In this document: positions 48,594-58,546 of the stretch, in pieces
Position numbering within the stretch: the stretch's first letter is position 1
Layout of the letters: every line of letters begins with the position of its first letter
Assembly: GCA_003971905.1 (NCBI GenBank)
Contig: RSEE01000165.1
Coordinates: 1 to 64,000, forward strand
DNA from: Moniliella sp. 'wahieum'
Taxonomy: Eukaryota
Length of the DNA stretch: 64,000 bases
Direction: 5' to 3'
The notes under the pieces: generated by a model
Databases searched by the model: none
The model's input: only the letters and a program-made list of their open reading frames with translations
Told to the model about the DNA's origin: nothing
Translations under genes and position numbers: made by a program

Positions 48594-50333
48594 ATGCCCG
48601 GCCTTGGCCGCGACGACGCGCCCGCCGGCTGCGGCGACGCGTTCGAGTTCGAGTCGCTCTTCCGCAACGCGCACATGTCCCACGTGCAGCTGTACGTGCC
48701 GAGCGAGAGGTGGCGCATGCGACCGTTGCCGAGCTCGGCGGCTTGGGCACCGTTCAGTTCAAGGACCTCCTTCCGCACGTCCAGTCGTTCCAGCGGCCCT
48801 TTGTCGACGACATGAAGCGTCTCGACGAGATGAACCGTCGTGTGCGTTTCCTCGAGACGTTGCATGGCCAAACAAGATGTGCTGGTGAAACCGTTCGATC
48901 CGGTTGTGCCTGCTGGTGGGCGTATGCCGGCGTTAACGCTCGGCACGCATGCGGGTGGCCCGCAGGTGCTGGACCCGTTGGCGGCAGAACTCAAGAGCGC
49001 AGAAGATCGTATGGCGAATATGAATGCGTCGTATGAGACGTTGGAAAAACGCTTGGTCGAGCTCGGGAGGCACGCCACGTGCTCCGTCAGACGGCGGTTT
49101 TTTTTCAACAGGCCAACACGTCCAGTGCCACGGCGGTGGGATCCCGCTCCCATGCTTCGCTCGACGAGGCCCGGGTGCCCTTGTTGGACGACTATCGGGT
49201 TGCAGCTGGTCCAGGACAATGACTCGGCGTTTGCCAACTTGGACTTGGAGTGCGTATCCGTTAAGGGTTCTTGGGCGTCGATGTTTGGTTGGTTGGTTGC
49301 CTGCCCGTATCACCCTGGGTACTAATGTTTTTTTTTTTGTGGTTTATTTCTGGGGGGGGGGTTAGGTTTGTGGCCGGTACGATTGACTGGTCGCGGATGG
49401 CTATGTTTGAACGGATCGCATGGCGCGGGCTGCGGGGCAACTGTACATGAACTATGCGAGATTGCCCAGCCGTTCCAGGAGCCTGGGCGGGACGAGGCGG
49501 TGTACAAGAACGTGTTTATCATCTTTTCTCATGGCACCGAGTTGTTGGCCAAGATCCGCAAGATCAGCGAAAGCATGGGCGGCAGCTCTACCCGGTCGAT
49601 GCGGATGCCGATCGGCGGCAGGACACGTTGCGGGAAGTGGACGAGTCGGATGGAGGGCTTGGAACGCGTGCTGGACACTACCTCGGCCACGCGCCGGGCC
49701 GACTGGTTCGCTTATGGGACCATGTGGCGGCGTGGGGCGAACTGGTACGGAAAGAACGGTTGATCTATGCTACGCTCAACCTGTTCCAACGCGATGTCAG
49801 TGGCAAAACGTTGTTGCCGAAGGGTGGGCGTCCACAGCTGACTTGCCCACCATCCAACTCGACCTCCGTCACCGCCTACGTACATGCGCATCGACAAGCT
49901 TACCGAGGGGTTCCACGCGCTCACACGGCGTATGGCGTGGCGTCGTACCAACAAGTCAACCGGGCCTGTTTCCGTCATTACCTTCCCTTTTGTGGCTGTC
50001 ATGTTTGGCGATGTGGGCCACGGCCTGCTGATGTTCTCGGCGACGTTGGTGATGGTGTGGTAGGAGGATACGTTGGCCAAGGTCAAGGACGAGATTTTTG
50101 TCCCTGTTCTTTTACGGTCGGTACATTGTCCTGCTCTGCGGGCACGGCCGGCGTGGTGATGCTGACGCTCATGGTTGCAGTGTGGTTTGCACTGGCGATT
50201 GCGATCCTGTGTCTGATGGAGGGCTGTCGGCGTTCTTGCATGCGCTCCGCCTCCACTGGGTCGAGGCTGGCAACAAGCACTATGCGCGGCTGGATACCCG
50301 TTTGAACCCCTCACGTTTGTCCGGGACGAGTAG
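48594..50333 (+). pseudogene. VPH1: V-ATPase V0 subunit a homologue with a large internal deletion and an in-frame stop
   Basis: SLFR..MSHVQLYVP, VQFKDL..FQRPFV, KNVFIIFSHG, AEGW, PPTY, AVMFGDVGHG, FFYGRYIVLL, then directly ILCLMEG.SAFLHALRLHWVE..GYPFEPLTF. TAG at 50061-50063. No SYLRLWALSLAH motif. Confidence 0.75.
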
Positions 50334-50717
50334 GCACTTAACCTTTCCTCCCCATCGTCGTCCCCATCGCCATCGCCATCATCTTCACCATCATCTTCGC
50401 CATCGCCACCACCGGCGAGCACTCGCTGTGGGTGGGTTTGCCCAATTCGATCTTTTGTGCAGGGAGCAGCTGGGGGACTCGGTAGCAAGCGGAGCGCAGG
50501 GCGAAAGAGTGGGTAGTAGTAGGAGTAGTATAATTGAAGGGTGAGCCACATGGCGATGGCGAGCGGAGGGCGGAGTGAGCATGGATGGTTCCGCTGTGCT
50601 GCACGTGCGCCCACTGCACCGATTGTGTGGGGTTGCGGTTTGCAGACGGCTTGCTTTGCCTTGGCTTGTCTTTGCCTTGTTTGTTGTTGTCCGGCCATCT
50701 CGCTGCGTGGATTCGCC

Positions 50718-51470
50718 ATGGCAGCACCTCCTCCGCGCCCCGCGTACCTCCACCCCACCTCTACCGCCACGCCCACGCCCACGCCCACCAAGTGGCTCCG
50801 CGTCTTCTCCAAGGACTGGCAGCCGACGCGCACCGGCAAACGCTTCACGCCCATCCCCGACGACGCCATGCTCGCCCTGGCCCAGCTCAACCCGCTCCGC
50901 ATCGTAACCCCCGCCGACCTGGTCAAGCTCCTCGACCGCCACGGCGTGCCCATGCCCCATGTGCCCCATGTACACCATGTACATAACCGCCAGGCGCACC
51001 CATCGCCCGCATTGCACGACCTTCCGTCGTACGAACAGGCCGTGCGCCCGCCTGCCTGACCGCACCCAAGCCACTCAAGACGGCGGGGGATGTGCTGCGG
51101 GTCCTGGACCAGCTCGGCGTCGCCGTCCCACGCGTCAGCTTGCTCCCCCGCCATATCCACCGCACGTGGCGCCGCAAGTCAACGCGTATCGACCCAACCG
51201 AGCTGACGCAAGAGAGGGCACAGACGGGACAGACACACCCGATGCAAGAGAGGAGGAGAGTGCAAGAGATGGGAGCGAGGCAAGAGATGCAAGAGATGGG
51301 TCGAGGGGGAGGAGAGTGGCGGAGCATTTTTCGAAAAAGTGGGTGCCTAAACGGGCGCCGCGGTCTTCTTCCCGGCCCGGCATTGTCCGCCGAACTGCTC
51401 GGCATCCGGCTCGAGTCGTTGCCGAAAGTGAGATCTCGAGTTGCTCTACCAGTGGGGCGTGCTGCGCAAG
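50718..51470 (+). CDS. Small hypothetical protein (3' end uncertain)
   Basis: GCCATGG start and C-rich third codon positions (KWLRVFSKDWQPTRTGKRFTPIPDDAMLALAQLNPLRIVTPADLVKLLDRHGV). No family recognised. Confidence 0.45.
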
Positions 51471-52317
51471 TAAGCTTCCAGCAAACATATCCTACACACG
51501 CAACCCACAACCAATCAGGCACCCAGGCAAGCAGACATCCAGGCAAGCAGGAAACACCCGACCAGGCAACCAAGTACGCCTCCCTTCTTTTCCTTGTCCC
51601 CCGCTTTCCTTCTGTTGGCAGTTCATCGCCATCTGCCCGCCCTCTCTCGGCCGCGCTCCAGGCCCAGAACGTGCCAGAGCACCCCAGTGCACGCCACGCC
51701 ACGCCAGCGCTGTCTTCTCGCTCGGTGCGCGTGCCTGGGTGGCTGTGGTTGTATGATTGTACCCTCTCATCTCCGTCGCGCACATACCCTCTCTTCCCCC
51801 CGCCGCGTACTTTTTATTTTTTGTTCTTTCTTTCTTCTTTTTATATCAGACCTTTCTTGCGTTTGGCAGGCACCCAGCCATCGCCCGGTACGCGCGCCGA
51901 GGACGAAACGCATTCTGCAACCTGCGATCCGCGACCTGCAACCCGCAACCTGCAACATAACTAGCACCCATGAACCATACCAAGGAAAAGAGACCCGTGC
52001 GAAGGACCGATGTGCGCCGTGCCTTGGCCTTGTGCGCCGTGCACTACACGATCAAAACGAAACAGGACTGCTGGTGCGAGAGGGCGAGGAGGAACAAAAA
52101 CAGGGAGATAAACAGACAGTCGAGAGAGTGCAGAAAAAGGACAGAGAGAGAGAGAGAGAGAGAGGAGGAAGGAAGAGCGGCCTACCATCTGGGTGGACGA
52201 GGGGGGGGTAGACGGGGGTGAAGGGGAATGACTAGGACGCTCTACTCTACTCTTGGGCCGAGACGAGCGGGATCCAGACGCGAAAGGATGTACTCGATGC
52301 GGGGGGAAAAAGTGGTT

Positions 52318-53253
52318 TTAGCGCGTTTCAAACGGGCGCAAGGCCGCGCGTTGTTCTACCATGCGCGACCGTACTTTCTTCAACACCTTGATCATCTTGC
52401 TGCTGGTCAACTCTTCCGTCGACACATCGTGGATCAAATTCTCCATTGACTCGTACCTGGTCCGTCAGATCCATCGTCGCTGGCGTCACGGGCGCACACG
52501 CCTGGACCGAGGAAATGACGTTGCAGCTCGAACCGCCATACTTTCGCTGGCGACGTGGTTCCGTACGACGACGACGTCCGTCGAGAACACCGGTGCGTCC
52601 GTCGACGTTACCTTCAAAGGCGACGTCGATGCCCTCTGGCTGTTCCCTCCGTCCCCACTTCTGCCTCCGGCCGCGGGACGCTTTGCGCTTGGCACGCGTC
52701 GCGCTCGCCCCGACGTAGCAGCTGACGAGGATACTGGTTCGCCCACCACCTCCCCTCCACCTCGTCTTCGTCCTTCGAATCTTCCTCCTCGTTCCTCAGT
52801 CAGATGCATCTGGTCTCCCACATCTCTTCATATTCCTCTTCCTCCTCCTCCTCCTCCTCGTCGCTCAAAGCAGATGCAGCAGGGTCGGAGGACCCATCGA
52901 GGTACTGCAGCGCGCGCTTGAACGCGACGAGCAAGCGCGCCGGCACAGCAGCACGGGTCGTACGTGGGGCCGCTAGGAACGCCATGATCTCCGCCCGGCT
53001 CAACGGGCTGACCTGCGCCTTGCTCACTAGCCCATACTCGTTGTCTGGGATAAACCGCACAGTGTACGTGTGCTTGCGCGCGCCCAACGCAGCACGCGCC
53101 CGCGCAGGCACCCGCGCACGGTCCACCACCACCGCAGCCATGGCCGGTAGCCCTGCATGCGCGCAAGCACCAGGTCGCTCACACGGGGCACACCGGGCGC
53201 ACTGGCGCTGGCGGCGGCCGGGGCGGCGGTCAGACGCGCCTTCTTCGGGGCAT
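52318..53253 (-). CDS. PWWP-domain chromatin protein
   Basis: DLVLARMQGYRPW(P)AVVVD across a 1-nt frameshift, YTVRFIPDNEYGLV..LLVAFKRA, acidic linker, and C-terminal VSTEELTSSKMIKVLKKV resembling a TFIIS-N/IBD-type helical domain. Confidence 0.72.
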
Positions 53254-53565
53254 CCTGGGGGCGGTGGAGGTGGAGGGGGAGGTGGAGGTGGAGGTGGAGA
53301 TGGAGATGGTGGGGGGGCCCAAGGCTGGATGCGGTTGGCTGAGCTCAGCAGCGCCACGTGATGCGGGGTGGGTGTCACCTGTCATCACACAACATCACAT
53401 GTGACATGCCCGTGTGATCGCAGGGCTATCTGATCGGAGATTGGATCTGATGCGATCAGCTGCTTACGCTAGGCGGCGGAAGGCGGGGCGGAATGCGGGC
53501 GAAGCGCAGGCGGCTATCTCGGTGCTTTTTTCGTCTCCGCCACCGGCTGGGAGCTGTCCAAGACG

Positions 53566-55178
53566 ATGAGCATGAGCGCTGCGCTCGCCGAGCTGGACTA
53601 TAAAACGCCTTCGACCGCCCCTGCGGCTTCGGAGGCGTCTTCGGCGCGTCCTCGCCATCGACGCAGTGCCGTCCTCGCCATCGCCAGTGCCACCCCCACC
53701 CCCGCCGTCCAGTCCGTCTCGCGCGGCAAGAAGGCCGTCGCCCTGCACTGGCGCCTTCACCACCTCCCTCCTCAGTGCGTCCCCCCCCCCATGTGAAATC
53801 CACCACGCCTGCTGACTCTGCCTCCGCCGCCAGTGACGCCGTTCGACGTGGTCAAGACGCGTCTCCAGCTGCAGCACCCACCCCCTTCTGCCCCCACACC
53901 TGCCCCACCTCCCGTGCCGCCGCTGGCGTGCTGCCGCGCCAGCGGCGTGTCTGCCGCCTCGTGCCTCTACGCCGCCCCGTCTGCCGTGCCGCTCGACCGC
54001 CATGCCCCCCGTCCAGCGCTGTTCCAACACGCGCCCGTCCCGCCACCCTCGTTCCACCACATGAAACTTGCCTCGACCTGTGCGCTCGCCGACCTGCCCG
54101 TCGCGGCCGCCAGCCCCGTTTTGTCCACGTCCGCTCCGAGCTGCGCGCGTGCACGACGCCGTCCGCGCTTGGGTCCGCGCCGGTCGTCCCCCCCCCGCTC
54201 CCGTCCCACACGTCCCTGCTCAGGCGCATGCTCAGGTACAGGCCACCCAGATCCCCCATGCCCACACCACCCAGCCGCACTTGACCGGCATGGTCGATGG
54301 CTTTGTCCAGGTCGGCCGACGAGAAGGCGTGCGCGGTCTCTGGCGCGGCTTGACCCCGACCATTGTCATGACCGTCCCGAGCCAGGTGACTTACATGGTG
54401 TGCTACGATTTCTTCAAGGAACGTATGGGTCGGGCCTACCGTGCTTTGGACCACTCTCGCTCCTCTTCCTCTTCTCCAGGCACGACGGACAGCTACTTAC
54501 GTCGCTCGTATCGGGAGCCAGTGCGCGGTCGATCAGTGCAACGCTCGTCACGCCTTTGGAGCTGGTACGCACCCGGTTACAAGCCATGCAGGGCGATGCG
54601 CATGGCGGTATGCGGTCTACCCTCCTACGTCTCGCACGGGACGCGCACGCTCACCCCCTCTCCCTGTGGCGCGGCCTCGGCCCCACACTCTAACCGCGAC
54701 GTTCCCTTTAGCGCTATATACTTCACTGCGTACGAGGCGCTCAAACGTTCCCTCACAGGCGGGCTGGGCCTTGGCGAACGTCGGTCCCCCGCCCGACACG
54801 CCCAAACTCACACCCCCAGGAGTACGCTCAGGATCATTCCCACGCATCGGAATTCGCCGTTGCCTTCGTCTCGGGCGCCAGCGCGGGCATTTTGGCCGCC
54901 CTGCTCACCCACCCCTTTGACCTGGTCAAAACTCGAAGACAAGCCGTCCTCTCCGACCCCAGTCCCAGCAGCGCGGACACCAGGGCGGAGCCTAGTGTGG
55001 GCAGGAGCGGGAGGGCAGTAGCGGTACGACTACGGTGCAGCTCCTTCGGCAGGTGTACCAGCAAGAAGGCGTTGCTGGCCTGTTCCGTGGCTTGAGCCCA
55101 CGCATCGCCAAGGTCGGCCCCGCTTGCGGTGTGATGATTGGCTCGTTTGAGGTCATGGGACGATTGCTGGATGGATAA
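53566..55178 (+). CDS. MTM1: Mitochondrial carrier, Mtm1/SLC25A39-40 type
   Basis: Three carrier signatures (TPFDVVKTRLQ, TPLELVRTRLQ, HPFDLVKTRRQ); Cys-containing insertion in the first loop; GLWRGLTPTIVMTVPSQVTY, RDVPFSAIYF, PRIAKVGPACGVMIGSFE. Confidence 0.9.
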
Positions 55179-55238
55179 ATGGCTAATCGTCCCGACCGGA
55201 ATGTACCCCCCCCCCATCCCACCCCAGGCCAACCCAAC

Positions 55239-55344
55239 CCAAGCGAATCCAATCCAATCCAAGCGAATCCAATCCAAGCGAATCCAATCCAAGCGAATCC
55301 AATCTAAGCGAATCCATCCAAGCGAACGCGATCCAAGCGAACGC
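55239..55344. repeat. ~15-bp minisatellite (CCAAGCGAATCCAAT)n
   Basis: About 7 units just downstream of the carrier stop codon. Confidence 0.9.
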
Positions 55345-58300
55345 ACCCGGCCCGAATCGGTACTTGAACGGTGGTTCCCCACCCACCCACCCACCCGACG
55401 CACAGCGCGCGACGGTTCAGCCTCGTCCGTCCTGATCCTCGTTTTCATCCTGATTCTCGTTTTCGTCATCGTTCCGTTTTCGTTCCGTTTTCGTTTTCGT
55501 TTCGGTCCTGATTCCATCCTTCGTTCCCCGCCTTCCTCTCCCACCCCCTTCCACCCCCTTCCTCCTCCTCATTGTTCTTTCTTGCTCCTGCTCCTTCCTA
55601 CACTACACACCTTGCCCAGCCGGCACCCGGGCTCCTCGCGCCACCCAAGAAAGAGGAAGGTCGCGTGGCGTGGCGCGGCGACGCGGGGCAAGGCGGTCCA
55701 GGGCGTTGGGGCGGGGACCCTGGACCGGACTTGTATTCGGGGGGCAGTCAGCCGTGCTAATATACCTTACCTTGCCTTTCCTCGCCTGTGCCTTTTGCCT
55801 TTTGCCTTTGCCTGCCTTTGCCTTTGCCTTTGCCTTTTCCCGCCTTCGTCCTCGCTTTTGCCTTGCCTTTCGCCTCACTCGCCTTGGCTGTCGCCTTCGC
55901 ATTCGCATTTCGGATCGGGTGGCGTTTGGCGTTGACATTTCGGTTCGGTTCGGTTCGGGGGCCGCGCGCTGGGTCGCCGTACCACGCACGCCGCGCGGCT
56001 GGACGGCAACGCATTGGGTTGGTATTCGTCCCAGACGTTCGGTTGGTTGGGCGGTGGGGCGGTGGGTCGGTCCTCCCTCGTCCGCCACGCGCGGCTCGAG
56101 GTTGAGGCTTGCCTGCGTGTGCGCTGTGTTGTGCGCTGTGCCACCACATCCCCACCCGCACCCACACCACATATACTACACTACACACTCACACTCACAC
56201 TACACCACTACACTACATTACACTTCTGCACCACATTTCCCTGCACTGCTCTTCCTCCTCGTCACTTTCCTACCCTCCTACCCTCCTACCCTCCTACCCT
56301 CTTATTTTGCAACGTGTATCATGCCTTGTTCGGTGCGTGCTCTCTCTCGCTGGTAGGCCCGGTCGGGGAGAACCTAGGTCGATAGATGAGGGATGGTTGG
56401 ATGGGTGGATGGGTGGATGGTTGGGTCTCCGATCTCCGAACTCCGATCTATCGGGAGAAATCGGATGATTGGTTCGGACGCGCGGAGCAGTACGGATGGG
56501 GAGACCAGAGATCAGAGATCCGGCATCAGAGATCCGACATCAGGGATCAGAGATTAGAGATCAGATATGGGAGAGGACGGCTGAGCGTTGAGAGGCGGCC
56601 GAGCGGAGCCAGCTGAGCGTGGCGGGCTACGACCCGCCTGGCCCCCGGCTGGATGGAATCCATCCGTTCGTCCATCCACATTTTTCTCCTCGCGCTCTTT
56701 TAATTGTACTGCTCTATCAAAATGATACCCTTTCACCAGGATCGCGTGCCCGCTTGGTTCGGCGTACTGATGAGGATTGCAGTAACCACCAGGATCTCTT
56801 TGCCCTCCGCGGAAGATCGATTACCCACCCGATGAGTACACTCAGTACTCAATATACTCAATTGAGTCGCGCCTCCCGCGCTGAGCGCTGAAAATTGAAT
56901 TCTCCGACCTTTTCACCATCCCATCCTCGTCCCCGTCCTCGTCCTCGTCCTTCCAACTCACACCCCCTCCTCGGCGCATCGCTTCCGTCTCTCCCTCGGG
57001 CCTCAGGCTCGCTTGCTCGAACGCCCATCGTGTGTTACATGGCCGATGCGCGTCGCGTCGCGTAGTGAAGGTTGAACGTGGAAATAACATCGGAGAAGTG
57101 GGCTTTGGCGGTGCTAGATGGGAGCGAGGCCAAGGTGTTGGATGCGTGCTATCTGATGGTTTGCTCCCTGGATAGTGACTAGATGGCTTGTGGGCGTCCG
57201 GCGTGGGATCAGCGTTGGTTGATAGGCGTCGTATTGGTTGGTTGGCTACTGTAAATGACGCGAATGGGTGGTTGCCCCACACGCCACGTTGCCTGACACA
57301 AGTCGATTGAATATTGACGTGTGACATGCACATGTGACATGTGACACAGGCACCCCCCCACGTGGCATGTGACATGCGCTCCAAGTGGGATCACATGCTT
57401 TGCACCCGCCGCGCACCCCACCACTGCCCCCGTGCTGCAGGGTGGGTGTATACGTCATGCTCACCCATCCATCCGTCACGCGCTAGTCACTAGTCACTAG
57501 TCACTCGCCTGCCTCCTCGTCCGGCGCGCCCCATGGAGAAGGCGGAGAGCACGGTGGATTTGGATCTTCGCATTCCACCTTGGGCATCCCACTTTCTGCT
57601 TGTAATTGCCAACTGCCACGCCCACCAGGCTACTGCTACTGGCAACTGGCAACTGGTAATTGATCACTAGCAAACGATAGCAACTAGTCGCGTGAGTGCA
57701 GTGAGTACTGTCAGTACCGAGTATACTGCGTTTTCGCGAGTCTGATGCAATATCAGGTCTCCAACGTCGGTTCAATCCAATGTCCAAGGTCCAATGCGTC
57801 CCTTCCCTCTCTCTTCCCACCTTCTTCCTCGCTTCCTACTACCTCTTGCCAACTGCAAAATGCACTTCCCTCCCGCGTCGCCGTCCGTACAGAACACCCT
57901 TGTTCCCCCCTGTTTTTCCCCTCAGCGACGCACCCTAATCGGCATGCATCGTGCCGCGGACCTACCCTGCCTGCCTCTCTTCAGATCTGATCTCACTCTC
58001 AGTACTCAGTTTGCCTAGGGCCTAGGGCTTAGAAACTGCCGCGACAGAGACGCACCAGAAAGCCAGAAAGACGCAGACACGCGCCCCCCACCCCGTTCGT
58101 CCAACCTCCGTTTCGTTTCACTAGGTCACGCCGGTCGATCCCTCCGGCCCCTCCCGAGGCTCAAGTCACATAGCACATGGCGCACAAGTCGCTATACCAC
58201 AGAGTAGTCACTACCCAGGTCAGGGGGCTCAGCGCTCACGCTCAGGCCTCAGGCCGGCCAACAGTTCGTAAGTTCGTTTCCTGAGGTTCAGCCTCGGCAC

Positions 58301-58505
58301 GCTCCAGGCCGGACTGCGCCATTGATATCTGAGAGTATTCGGAGAAGTACCTCAGTACTCAGTTTCGGGCCAGGTATAGTCCCCCGGTCCCCCATTAGCG
58401 TTCAGTACGTTCAGCGCAATAGACCAGTGGAAGCGCCCGCGCCTCGCTAACTAGACCGACCGGAAAACGCCAGTATTCATCGCGGGCCAGAGACGGGCAG
58501 CGACG

Positions 58506-58546
58506 CATGTCACCATGTCACCATGTCACCATGTCACCATGTCACC
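58506..58546. repeat. (CATGTCAC)5 octamer array
   Basis: Five perfect units read directly. Confidence 0.95.

Noticed and set aside
14823..50333. Functional cluster of vacuolar/secretory genes (APL5, KEX2, VPH1) or a biosynthetic cluster
   Set aside because: These genes are interspersed with unrelated housekeeping genes, and no backbone enzyme (PKS, NRPS, terpene cyclase, DUF3328) was recognised.
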